Below are positions 27,098 through 36,487 of a DNA stretch of 64,000 nt, piece after piece. The DNA is taken from assembly GCA_951812955.1 (NCBI GenBank), contig OX638340.1, forward strand, positions 1,120,001 to 1,184,000, written 5' to 3'. This DNA comes from an uncultured Gemmatimonadota bacterium (lineage in GTDB: Bacteria; JAAXHH01). The notes below the pieces were generated by a model that had not been told where the DNA came from, did not search any database, and saw only the letters and a list, made by a program, of their open reading frames with translations. Position 1 is the stretch's first letter, and each line of letters begins with the position of its first letter. The translations under genes were made by a program, and so were the position numbers.

Positions 27098-28435
27098 ATG
27101 ACCACGACGGCGGCAACCTCGCAGGAGGCCATTTACCGGGAACGGACGCCGGGTTCCTACGAAGCGTTCAAACGCTCCCGTGAAGTCATGCCCGGCGTCG
27201 CAAAGGGCGCATACTTCTACGCCCCTTATCCCGTCACCATCGAACGGGCCGAGGGATGCTATCTGATTGACGTGGACGGGAACCGGTACGTGGACTTCGC
27301 CAACCACCATACCACCCAGATCCTTGGACACAACCATCCGGCCATAATCCGGGCGGTGGAACGGCAGATCGAACGGGGCATCGCCGTAGCCGCACCCATG
27401 GGAAGTGAAACGGCCCTCGCCGAGGAACTGTGCCGGCGGGTCGAATCCCTGGACAAGGTCCGATTCTGCAATTCGGGGACCGAAGCCACGCTGCACGCCA
27501 TCCGGCTGGCTCGGGAATACACGGGACGGCACCTCATCGCCAAGTTCGAGGGCGGGTACCACGGCAGTCACGACGCCGTCGAAATCAGCGTCGCACCAGA
27601 CCCGGCGAAGGCCGGTCCCCGGGAGCGGCCGGTACCGGTGCGGGGTGCAGGTGGCATGCCGCCCAACACCACCGAGAACGTCATTATCCTCCCCCAGGAT
27701 GACGAAGCCGCCGTGGAGACCCTCATCGAGGAACACCGGGACGAACTGGCGGCCGTGATTTTCGATCCCCGGACCGGTGTCATTCCCCAGCGACCCGCAT
27801 TCATCCGAGCGGTGCGGGAAATCACGCGCAGGCACGGCGTTCTGCTCATCTTCGATGAAATCGTGGGTTTTCGCGCATCGCCGGGCGGCGTCCAGGCGCA
27901 GTGCGGCATTCTGCCCGACCTGACCGCCTATGGCAAGATCGTGGGCGGCGGCTTTCCCGTGGGCGCCTTCGGCGGTCGGAAGGACCTGATGGATGTGCTG
28001 GATCCGACCCTGGGCAGACCGAGGCTGTCGCAAAGCGGATCTTTCAGCGGGCATCCGGTGGCCATGGCCGCCGGTCTTGCCATGCTTGAAGTGCTGACTC
28101 CCGACGTTTATGACCGTCTGGACCAACTGACCGAGCGCCTGATGGACGGTTTCCGGAATGTATTCGAACGGACCGGAACTGTGGCAACAGCTGTCGCATC
28201 AGGTTCCACCTTCAGTATTTACTTCACGGAGGGCCCGGTCAGGGTCTATCGGGCCGCCGCCGCGGCGGATAAGCGTCCCGTATCCGCGGTTTTTCTCGGC
28301 CTGCTCAACCGCGGTTACTATCTGTCGAACGGCCTGGCCATGAACTGTCTTTCGGCGGCCATGGACGAATCGCATATCGATGGCCTTGTTGCGGCCCTGG
28401 CCGAGACTTTGGCCGAGGCCCTGGAAGAAAACTGA
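27098..28435 (+). CDS. Class-III PLP aminotransferase (glutamate-1-semialdehyde 2,1-aminomutase-like)
   Basis: FCNSGTEATLHAIRLAR, LLIFDEIVGFR, YGKIVGGGFPVGAFGG (PLP Lys region). Confidence 0.85.
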   Translation: MTTTAATSQEAIYRERTPGSYEAFKRSREVMPGVAKGAYFYAPYPVTIERAEGCYLIDVDGNRYVDFANHHTTQILGHNHPAIIRAVERQIERGIAVAAPMGSETALAEELCRRVESLDKVRFCNSGTEATLHAIRLAREYTGRHLIAKFEGGYHGSHDAVEISVAPDPAKAGPRERPVPVRGAGGMPPNTTENVIILPQDDEAAVETLIEEHRDELAAVIFDPRTGVIPQRPAFIRAVREITRRHGVLLIFDEIVGFRASPGGVQAQCGILPDLTAYGKIVGGGFPVGAFGGRKDLMDVLDPTLGRPRLSQSGSFSGHPVAMAAGLAMLEVLTPDVYDRLDQLTERLMDGFRNVFERTGTVATAVASGSTFSIYFTEGPVRVYRAAAAADKRPVSAVFLGLLNRGYYLSNGLAMNCLSAAMDESHIDGLVAALAETLAEALEEN

Positions 28436-28500
28436 CGTCCTTGGCCGGGATTCGCCGGCCGGTCTTTGTCCATTCGAACCACCCATACAGGAACGGAACC

Positions 28501-30162
28501 ATGTCTCAATCATTCAAGTGGGCTGTCATCGTAATCGGCGCAATGGCCGGCTTCTACCTGATCCCCCTGTTGATTTCGGCGCAGGGCGGCAGATCCGAGG
28601 AGTCGGCCGCCCGTCCCCTGCCCCCGGACGCCTCGCCGCGTGATCAGCAGGTCTTCAGGTTCATGAGCCCGGAACCCCGCACGCTCGACTCCGCCATAAA
28701 CGATTATGACACCGAAGACACCATCATCCCCTTCGAACCTCTGCTCCGGCGCGATCCGAACTGGAATCCGGAACCCGCTGCCGCCGACCGTTACGAATCT
28801 TCGCCGGACGGCAAAACGTGGACCTTCCATCTCCGGGAAGGCGCGAGATGGAGCGACGGCCGTCCCGTCACGGCCCATGACTTTGTATACTCATTTCGCC
28901 GCATGCTGGACCCGCAGGAGGCCAATCCCTACGGGTTCTTCTACCACGATTTCAAAAACGGACGCGCCATCAACCGCGGTGAAATCAAGGACCTGACCCA
29001 ACTGGGCGTCCGAGCGGCCGACGATCTCACCCTTGTCATCGAGACGGAGAAATCGGCCCCCTACCTGCCATACATCGTATCCTACGGGAACGCGCTGCCC
29101 GTGCCCCCGTGGCAGGTGGAAAAATACGATCGCAAGTGGACCCGGCTGGAGAACATCGTCTCGAATTCAGGGTTCAAACTGTCGGAGTGGATCACGGGCA
29201 GCCACATGACCCTGGTCCCGGACCCCATGTACAACGGTCCCCACAAGCCCTACCTGGAGAAGGTCATCCATCCCTTCCGCAACGCGGCGGTGGCCACGGT
29301 CCTCGCCTACGAGAACAACGAAGTGGACCGTGAACTCGTCGACGTGACCGACATGCCCCGCATCATGGCCGATCCCGAACTCGCGCCGGACCTGGTCAAG
29401 GTGGCCGCGAGGGCATCATGGTATCTCTTCTACCGCACGCGCCAGCCGCCCTTCGACGACGTACGGGTCCGGGAAGCCTTCACCCGGGCGATCGACCGGG
29501 AGGTCATCACAAATATCCTGCTGGGTGGAACGGCCGTACCCGCCTATTCCATGATTCCGCCCGAATTCGCCGAATACAACGGACCGGCCATGAAGGACTA
29601 CCAGTCCTATGACCCGGCAAAGGGCAGGGAGCTGATTCGGGAGGCCGGCTATCCCCGCGGGAGGGGATTCCCCCGACAGGAAATGTGGCTTCGGGCGCCC
29701 AATCCCACCATCAAGCGGATCAGCGAGGCAATCATGGCCATGTTGAAGGAGAACATCGGGGTCGATGTCACCATACGTGCCGCAGACCGCACCATGTATA
29801 TGAACAACATGTACAACTGGCGCATGAACCTGGGGCTGATCGTGTTCTACGCCGATTACCTCGACCCGCGCAACATGCTCGACATGATCTGGCACTCGCA
29901 GCCGCAGGGCTACGGCAGGTCGGACTGGACCAACGCCGAATTCGACCGGATGGTGGAACGGGCGGCCTCTGAACTGGATAGGGAGAAGCGACGCGCGCTT
30001 TACGCGGAGGCGGAGGAAATCATGGTTTCCGACTACGCCGGTTCCTTTCTGTTCCACCCGGTGAACCTTGAACTCAGGAAACCCTGGGTGAAAGGGATTA
30101 CGGAAAACCCGGACGGCACGGTCGGCGCAATGGACTATACGAGGGTCTACATCTCCCGGTAA
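28501..30162 (+). CDS. ABC-transporter substrate-binding protein, family 5 (peptide/nickel/opine type), orphan
   Basis: ATG at 28501 gives the signal MSQSFKWAVIVIGAMAGFYL. Has WSDGRPVTAHDFVYSFRRMLDP, a family-5 SBP signature region. No permease or ATPase genes are adjacent. Confidence 0.85.
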   Translation: MSQSFKWAVIVIGAMAGFYLIPLLISAQGGRSEESAARPLPPDASPRDQQVFRFMSPEPRTLDSAINDYDTEDTIIPFEPLLRRDPNWNPEPAAADRYESSPDGKTWTFHLREGARWSDGRPVTAHDFVYSFRRMLDPQEANPYGFFYHDFKNGRAINRGEIKDLTQLGVRAADDLTLVIETEKSAPYLPYIVSYGNALPVPPWQVEKYDRKWTRLENIVSNSGFKLSEWITGSHMTLVPDPMYNGPHKPYLEKVIHPFRNAAVATVLAYENNEVDRELVDVTDMPRIMADPELAPDLVKVAARASWYLFYRTRQPPFDDVRVREAFTRAIDREVITNILLGGTAVPAYSMIPPEFAEYNGPAMKDYQSYDPAKGRELIREAGYPRGRGFPRQEMWLRAPNPTIKRISEAIMAMLKENIGVDVTIRAADRTMYMNNMYNWRMNLGLIVFYADYLDPRNMLDMIWHSQPQGYGRSDWTNAEFDRMVERAASELDREKRRALYAEAEEIMVSDYAGSFLFHPVNLELRKPWVKGITENPDGTVGAMDYTRVYISR

Positions 30163-30212
30163 AATAACCGCGTGGGGAGACCGCGACACAACGACACTAC
30201 GTTAGTACATGC

Positions 30213-30259
30213 AAAAAAAGCCTCCGCGGCGATACATTCACGCGGAGGCTTTTGGGTTT
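30213..30259. terminator. Bidirectional rho-independent terminator
   Basis: AAAAAAA-GCCTCCGCG-gcgatacattca-CGCGGAGGC-TTTTGGGTTT, between convergent genes ending at 30162 (+) and 30305 (-). Confidence 0.75.
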
Positions 30260-30304
30260 CTACAAATTGTCTGAACGTCGTAACCGTGTCGTTCCCAACG
30301 TCGA

Positions 30305-30898
30305 TTACCGGATCGCGTCCTTCATCTGAGCGACGATGTTGCGCAGCGACGCGGCGTTACGGGCTCGAGGCGCCAGTTTCAGGTAGCTCTCATAGGACTT
30401 GATCGCGTTCGGATAGTCCTCGCGGGTCTGGTACAGGATACCCAGGTTGTAGTGCCAGTTCGCCTTCTTGCCGTTGATGCGGATCGCGGCCCTGTAGGAA
30501 CTGATCGCGCTGCTGCTATTCTTGATTTTCTGATAAGCGCTGCCCAATGCGCCGTGTGCGTCCGCATATGCGGCATCGATCTGCGTCGCCTGCTTGAACG
30601 ACTTGATCGCGTTGGAGGTCTGGCCCGCCTTCTGCTGGGAAAGGCCGAGGTTGTAGTGCGCTTCCTTGTAATCCGCCTTCAATTCAACGGCTTTCTGGAA
30701 AGCGCCGATAGCATTCGTATACTGTCCTGCCTTGAAATAGGCGATGCCGAGATTGTAATGACGGGGGGGATCGTCCGGCATGGCATCCACTTTCGTCTTC
30801 GCATCCGCGACCGTCTGGGCTTGTATCGCAGGCGCTGCGACCAGCGCGGCCAGAACCATGAAGACGGCAAGGCAATTCAGTTTCTTGATGCGTGTCAT
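30305..30898 (-). CDS. Secreted TPR-repeat protein
   Basis: ATG at 30898 (GGAGGAACGAGG upstream). Signal MTRIKKLNCLAVFMVLAALVAAPAIQA, then 4-5 TPR units (HYNLGIAYFKAGQY..AI..F.KA...). Confidence 0.8.
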   Translation of the reverse strand: MTRIKKLNCLAVFMVLAALVAAPAIQAQTVADAKTKVDAMPDDPPRHYNLGIAYFKAGQYTNAIGAFQKAVELKADYKEAHYNLGLSQQKAGQTSNAIKSFKQATQIDAAYADAHGALGSAYQKIKNSSSAISSYRAAIRINGKKANWHYNLGILYQTREDYPNAIKSYESYLKLAPRARNAASLRNIVAQMKDAIR

Positions 30899-31078
30899 CC
30901 TCGTTCCTCCGTTGGATAACTGAGCGTTACAGGACATTGAGTATTTATGGACAAATCGTGTTTTTGAGCGTATATTGAATCCAAGATGACTATAATATAG
31001 CATTTTGTCGAAATTTGCAAGTGAAATTCTCTACTTTCTTGTGGACGAAACGGTATCCTGGCATCAGGGAGGCCATCG

Positions 31079-31627
31079 ATGAAAAGTTATACTGTCGATG
31101 ATTTTCTGGGCGACGCACGGCGAATCGTGCGAGAACACGGGGTCAGGGACGGACTGGAATCGATCAGGAAGAACACCGAGCGCCTGCTCGGTCAGCCCGA
31201 CCTGCTGGAAACCTATGTCAACATGGACGAATACAAGGGCCATACGGTGATCGGCCAAGATCCCGAGACGGACATTTACGTCATCGTTCACGGCGGACGC
31301 AAAGGCGGTACTTCCCCGCCCCACGATCACGGTCCGTGCAGCGTGATTTACGGCAATTTTACGGGGCACACCCTGATGCGGCGCTGGAACCGGCTGGACG
31401 ATGGAGGGTCGGAGGGTCCGGCCAGTCTCAAGATGGCCCGGGAATACACAGTCGGCGCCGGGGAGGCGACCGCCTTCGCCGAGGGGGACATCCACTCCAT
31501 CGACTATCCCGACGGCGCCTTCTTCGTCCGCGTGACCGTGGGCGACGTGGAAAATCAGAAAACGCGCCGCTTCGATCTCGAACGGGGTATCGTGGAGATC
31601 GACGACCGCGCGGCTCGACCGGGATAG
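31079..31627 (+). CDS. Cupin-fold metalloprotein (cysteine-dioxygenase-like / COG5553-like)
   Basis: PPHDHGPCSVIYG...GDIHSI His-rich cupin motifs; 182 aa. Confidence 0.5.
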   Translation: MKSYTVDDFLGDARRIVREHGVRDGLESIRKNTERLLGQPDLLETYVNMDEYKGHTVIGQDPETDIYVIVHGGRKGGTSPPHDHGPCSVIYGNFTGHTLMRRWNRLDDGGSEGPASLKMAREYTVGAGEATAFAEGDIHSIDYPDGAFFVRVTVGDVENQKTRRFDLERGIVEIDDRAARPG

Positions 31628-31732
31628 CCGGGCGTAACATACTGGCCGTGCCCGGACCATGCAGTTATTCCATTTCCGTCCGCCTGTTTCACCAGATCCA
31701 CCCGATCCACCCGATCAAACCGCTCTCGACCC

Positions 31733-32686
31733 ATGTCCGCCCCTGAACCTGAAGCGAAGCAACCTCCAATAAAACCCACCGAATTCGTGACGCCGGACCG
31801 GCTGAGCGAGCTCCTGCGGCGCCGCAACCTGCCGGGCTTCATCTTCCTCGCCGGGCATCTGGCGGCCACTTTGCTCACTGGATACCTGGTGTCGCTTGCC
31901 ATGGGTATGTGGTGGTCGGTTCCGGCCCTGCTCATTCATGGCGCTATTGTGGTGCACTGGTTCGCGCCTTTCCACGAATGCTCCCACGGCACGGCCTTTC
32001 GAAGCGCGGCGATGAACCGGACCGTCGGATGGATAACCGGCACGGGGCTGTTTCTCATTCCCGCGTATTTCCGTTACGAGCACCTGGCCCACCATTCCCA
32101 CACGCAGATCACCGGAGACGATCCCGAAATGATCCCCATGGCGGAACGCCTGGGCGGCTATTTCTGGTATGCGACGGGCATTCCATACTTCTACAGCAAC
32201 CTGACGACCCTGGTAAGGATGCTGTTCTGGAGGTTCAACGCGGCCGAACGCAAGTTCCTGCCCCGGCGGGAACGGGGCAACGTGGTGATGGAAGCCTGGA
32301 GCATGGTCCTGGCATACGGGGCGCTGGCGGCCGTATCTATCTGGATCGATACGGCGGCCGTAGTCCTGTACTGGCTGGCCCCTCGCCTCGTGGGCGAACC
32401 CGTCATGCGCCTCATACGCATGTCCGAACACACGGGCTGCCCCCGCGTGCGCCATATCCTGCTCAACACCCGCACCGTGCTGACCATTCCGCTGATCCGG
32501 TGGCTGAACTGGAACAACGCGTATCACGCCGAACACCATGCCATTCCTACCGTACCCTTCCACGCCCTGGGCGACCTGCACCGGGTCATGGGGCCCCATT
32601 TCGAGGAAGTGCGGCCGGGATACGTGAACACGCAGTTGCACCTGATGTCAAACGGGATGAAAAACAGTACGGCACAGGATGGCTGA
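31733..32686 (+). CDS. Membrane fatty-acid desaturase/hydroxylase family protein
   Basis: Three His boxes, HECSH, HLAHHSH and HAEHH, with hydrophobic segments between them. Confidence 0.8.
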   Translation: MSAPEPEAKQPPIKPTEFVTPDRLSELLRRRNLPGFIFLAGHLAATLLTGYLVSLAMGMWWSVPALLIHGAIVVHWFAPFHECSHGTAFRSAAMNRTVGWITGTGLFLIPAYFRYEHLAHHSHTQITGDDPEMIPMAERLGGYFWYATGIPYFYSNLTTLVRMLFWRFNAAERKFLPRRERGNVVMEAWSMVLAYGALAAVSIWIDTAAVVLYWLAPRLVGEPVMRLIRMSEHTGCPRVRHILLNTRTVLTIPLIRWLNWNNAYHAEHHAIPTVPFHALGDLHRVMGPHFEEVRPGYVNTQLHLMSNGMKNSTAQDG

Positions 32687-32694
32687 CCGGCAGG

Positions 32695-33090
32695 TCAGTC
32701 TTTCGTGGATTCCGGTGGGGAGTCCTTGGGGGGTACGACACACAGGAACCCGAGGGGATCCTTTCCGACACTCTCGAACTGGTGCTGTTCGTTCGGCGCG
32801 ATATACACCACGTCGCCCGGGGACACGTCGTGCACGTCCCAGCCGATGAGCACTTTCGCCCTGCCCCGAAGTATGTAGATGCCGTGGTCGTGGTCGTGGC
32901 GGTCGAAGGAGGACTGCCCGCCCGGCTCGATTTCGAAATAGCGCACGGAGAAATTGTTCGCTCCGTCTTCGGGACCGATGACCACCCGCACCGACCCGCC
33001 GACCGCGCCGCCCCCGGTGTAGGGGACCATCTCCACGCCCGCCCAGTCGTTCGCTCCGTTCTGCCCCCGATGTTTGTGCACAACGCCCAT
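32695..33090 (-). CDS. Cupin domain protein
   Basis: 131 aa; FDRHDHDHGIYILRGRA...GDVVYI pattern of a single cupin barrel. Confidence 0.7.
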   Translation of the reverse strand: MGVVHKHRGQNGANDWAGVEMVPYTGGGAVGGSVRVVIGPEDGANNFSVRYFEIEPGGQSSFDRHDHDHGIYILRGRAKVLIGWDVHDVSPGDVVYIAPNEQHQFESVGKDPLGFLCVVPPKDSPPESTKD

Positions 33091-33132
33091 GAGAAGCTGG
33101 TCCGCCTGATAGACACTGCCTGGGGCAGTGAA

Positions 33133-34188
33133 TTACATGAAGTTACGCACGCCGCTTCCGTGCAGTTCCGATATGCGTTCGGCGTCCGCCCGGTCGAAGC
33201 CGATGGCCACGAGCTCGCGAATGCGCTTCCGGTGCATCTCTTCGTATAGTCCCACTACCGCGTCCCGCCCCCGGGCCAGTTGCTCCGGGTGCGATCCACC
33301 GCCGGCCAGCGTCATCATGGCCTTGAGCACGAAGGGACTGGAACCCGACGCCTGCTGGAGGAACAGGGTGCGTTCCTCGGCAGCCCGCATCAGGTCATCC
33401 TTTATCGATGGGTCCTGTTCGATGTGGTAGGCGAAATGGGAGATCCCGTACCCGACGTGCCGGCCCTCGTCCTGGCGCGCGAGTTTGAAGGTCCGCGCGG
33501 TGACCGGATCCGGCGCGACCTGCTCCAGGAACATCAGCAGTTCCATGAATGTCCCCTCGCCCAGGACGTGCATCAGGAAGGATCCGTTGGAATAGTCGTC
33601 CTGGGCCAGCAGGCTGCGCAGGGACCATTCCGTCGCGGCCGAGACGTACTGCAGTCCGCCGCCGTTTGCGAGTGCCCGCTTGGTGAAAACCTCCGCGTGC
33701 CTGGCCTCGTCCATGACCTGCGTGGCGAGGAAAAGGACGACCTCGGAATACTGGGGATCGATCCTGTTCATGAACTTGGCCGGCATGTACATGGCCAGGT
33801 ATTCGTTCTGTATCAGGAAGGTCATGACCTGGCAGACCGCCTGCTCCAGATCGTCCGGCAACTCGGGTAGCTCGTGCCAGGGGATATCGGTCGTCGCGTC
33901 CCACTGCCCCGCCTTGCCCTGTTCGTACAGTTCCGCGATGTTATCGGCCCATACCAGCTTCTTCTCTCGAATGGTAAACTCGAAATCCGGCGTTCCGGGG
34001 TCGACCACCGATCCGCGCTGCGCCAGTCCCTGGCCTTGGGGCGCAACGTCCGGCACTTCGCCCGCCCTGCCGACCTGGCAGTCCCGCATCAGGATGCCGC
34101 GGCCATCCGCGGGTTTCACCCTGATTCCCCGGTCTGGCTCGCCCCAGTCGGACGTATCGGGCAATGGAATGCTGAAATCCTCGCTCAT
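33133..34188 (-). CDS. Ferritin-like diiron-carboxylate protein (oxygenase/oxidase-like)
   Basis: Two E-x-x-H motifs in helical context (QVMDEARHAEVF and ARQDEGRHVGYG) plus upstream Glu residues (IQNEY, GEGTFMELL). Confidence 0.6.
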   Translation of the reverse strand: MSEDFSIPLPDTSDWGEPDRGIRVKPADGRGILMRDCQVGRAGEVPDVAPQGQGLAQRGSVVDPGTPDFEFTIREKKLVWADNIAELYEQGKAGQWDATTDIPWHELPELPDDLEQAVCQVMTFLIQNEYLAMYMPAKFMNRIDPQYSEVVLFLATQVMDEARHAEVFTKRALANGGGLQYVSAATEWSLRSLLAQDDYSNGSFLMHVLGEGTFMELLMFLEQVAPDPVTARTFKLARQDEGRHVGYGISHFAYHIEQDPSIKDDLMRAAEERTLFLQQASGSSPFVLKAMMTLAGGGSHPEQLARGRDAVVGLYEEMHRKRIRELVAIGFDRADAERISELHGSGVRNFM

Positions 34189-34321
34189 TTACGGCTCATT
34201 TCCTGGTAATTCGTTTACGATTTGTTCCCTGGCACGGATTGACTTGGCCGTTCTCGCCAGGTAGTATGTATGATACTGCGTTTTGCGGTAGTTGACAAGA
34301 TGAAGGTGAACCGGGAGTCCC

Positions 34322-36388
34322 ATGAATCTGTCGCGGTTGAGGGTGTTTCGTCTCTGGCGCGTAATGGCGCGTCGCTTCAGGCAGCGCCTGCACGCCAATA
34401 TCGAACGCATGCGGACGACCGACCAGGTCTTCATGATCAGCGCCGCGGCGATCATCGGGGTACTCGGAAGCGTTGGCGCCATTGCCTTCCGCTGGCTGAT
34501 CGATACCATAGAATTCCTCGCCTGGGGGGGCGGTATACCCAGTGTCTCGTCGGCCGATACCCTGCTGATCGTGGGCGTCCCCGCGGCCGGCGGGCTGATC
34601 GTGGGCGTTCTCATCTATTTCAGTACACGCGAAGCACGCGGACTGCCCGATGTCATGGAAGCCGTAGCGCTCCGCGGCGGCCGTGTCCGACCCCGCGTCG
34701 CGGTTGAGACCTCGATGGCCACGGCCATCAGTATCGGTACCGGTCTTTCGGTGGGACGGGAAGGACCCATCGCCCAGATCGGCGCGGCGCTCGGATCCAC
34801 TTTCGGGCAACTGACGAGGGTGAACATGCACCGCATGCGTACCTTCGTGGGCTGCGGCGCGGCGGCCGGTATAGCCGCTACCTTCAACACGCCCATCGCC
34901 GGAGCGCTTTTCTCCCTGGAAGTGATCCTGGGAAACTTCTCCTTCAGCCGGTTCAGTCCCATCGTGATCTCATCCGTGGTGGCCACGGCCATATCCCGTC
35001 ACTACCTCGGCAACCAGCCCGCGATCATCGTTCCACCCCACAGCCTGAATCATCCGCTGGAACTCGCGTTCTACGCCGTGCTGGGCATATTGGCAGCCAT
35101 CGTGGGAACGTTTTTCGTCCGGGCGCTTTACGGCGTGGAAGACCTGTACCGGAAAATACCGATCCCCGAATACCTGAAACCCATGACAGGCGGCCTGCTC
35201 GTCGGCCTCATTGCCCTCCTGTATCCACAGATCCTCGGCGTGGGTTATGAAACCATGGACCGTGCGCTTTTTTCTGATCTGGAATGGAAGCTCCTGGTCA
35301 TCCTCGTTTTCATGAAAATCGCGGCTACTTCCTTCACGCTGGGGTCGGGCGCATCGGGCGGCGTAATCGCCCCGTCCATGTTCGTGGGCTGCATGCTGGG
35401 GGGCGCTTTCGGCGTGCTGGTGAATCTGCTCTTCCCCGGCATGAGCGAAGCCCACGGCGCCTATGCACTTGTGGCAATGGGGGCCCTGGTCTCGTCGACC
35501 ATCCGTACGCCGCTCACAGCGATTCTCATGATTTTTGAAATGACCGGCGACTACACGCTCATTCTGCCGCTAATGATCTCAATCATCATAAGTACGGCGT
35601 TATCCGCCTATCTGCTGAAGCCCTCGGTGTATTCTCTGCGCCTGTTGAGAAGGAACATCGACCTGGAAAAGGGTCAGGAAACGAACATACTGAGGTCGCT
35701 TACCGTCTCGGAGGTCCGCGTTCCGTTTTTCGAAACGATACCGCCCGAGGCCCCGCTTGAGGACCTGATGTCGCGCCTGGCTGAGAGTTCCTTTACCGAG
35801 TTCTACATCACCGACGGCGAAGGGCGGTACAGGGGAGCGGTCACATTCGATCGCATCCGCAGCCTCGTCGCATACGGCGAGGACCTCGAGGGGGTCATCG
35901 TGGCCCATGACATCGCCCAGTTCGACCTGCCGACGGTTACGGACACAGACACCCTGGACCGGGTCATGCTGCTGTTCGGCCGGCATCAAGTCAACGCCTT
36001 CCCCGTAGTGGAACCGGGCACGGACCGCCTCGTCGGCGTGATCAGCAGGGAGCATGTCATGGACGCGTACAACCGCGAGACCGCCAGAAGGGACCTGGCC
36101 GGTGAATTCGGCAGCATGGTGAATACGCTGACCGGAGGACAGGTCGTTCGACTGGGGGTAGATTACGCGATGGTCGAAATCAATGCGCCCGGTCGGTTCA
36201 CGGGCCGCAGTATCCGGAGCCTGCAGATCCGCAGCCGGCAGGGGGTACAGATCCTGCTCATCAGGAAACGGGAGCACCGTGCCGGCCAGGCCCATTTCGT
36301 TCCTACGCCCGATTATGTGATCCAGGAGGATGATGTATTGCTCGTCGCCGGAGAGCGCGACAGTATAGAACGCATCGTTAACCTTTAA
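34322..36388 (+). CDS. ClC-family chloride channel/antiporter with CBS pair and TrkA-C (RCK_C) domain
   Basis: GLSVGREGPIAQIG, GVIAPSMFVG and GALVSSTIRTPLTAILMIFEMTGDY ClC motifs. C-terminal CBS-like segments and a ...VQILLIRKRE...VIQEDDVLLVAGE RCK_C pattern. Confidence 0.85.
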   Translation: MNLSRLRVFRLWRVMARRFRQRLHANIERMRTTDQVFMISAAAIIGVLGSVGAIAFRWLIDTIEFLAWGGGIPSVSSADTLLIVGVPAAGGLIVGVLIYFSTREARGLPDVMEAVALRGGRVRPRVAVETSMATAISIGTGLSVGREGPIAQIGAALGSTFGQLTRVNMHRMRTFVGCGAAAGIAATFNTPIAGALFSLEVILGNFSFSRFSPIVISSVVATAISRHYLGNQPAIIVPPHSLNHPLELAFYAVLGILAAIVGTFFVRALYGVEDLYRKIPIPEYLKPMTGGLLVGLIALLYPQILGVGYETMDRALFSDLEWKLLVILVFMKIAATSFTLGSGASGGVIAPSMFVGCMLGGAFGVLVNLLFPGMSEAHGAYALVAMGALVSSTIRTPLTAILMIFEMTGDYTLILPLMISIIISTALSAYLLKPSVYSLRLLRRNIDLEKGQETNILRSLTVSEVRVPFFETIPPEAPLEDLMSRLAESSFTEFYITDGEGRYRGAVTFDRIRSLVAYGEDLEGVIVAHDIAQFDLPTVTDTDTLDRVMLLFGRHQVNAFPVVEPGTDRLVGVISREHVMDAYNRETARRDLAGEFGSMVNTLTGGQVVRLGVDYAMVEINAPGRFTGRSIRSLQIRSRQGVQILLIRKREHRAGQAHFVPTPDYVIQEDDVLLVAGERDSIERIVNL

Positions 36389-36487
36389 TGTTCAGTTGAC
36401 AGCATGCTATTTCGCCCTATTATATCGATCAGTCTTTAGCATCGAGGGGGTTCCTTTTCCATCACTTCACTTTATGGAGGCGCGAAA

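Noticed and set aside
25888-28126. 351-aa (25888..26943) and 360-aa (27044..28126) minus-strand ORFs
   Set aside because: Antisense to the Gfo/Idh/MocA, TIM-barrel and class-III aminotransferase genes, which carry strong motifs. The composition is typical of shadow frames.
31715-33249. 446-aa plus ORF (31909..33249) and 308-aa minus ORF (31715..32641)
   Set aside because: They cut across three or four well-supported genes (His-box desaturase, cupin) in other frames or strands. The translations are Arg/Gly/Pro-rich.
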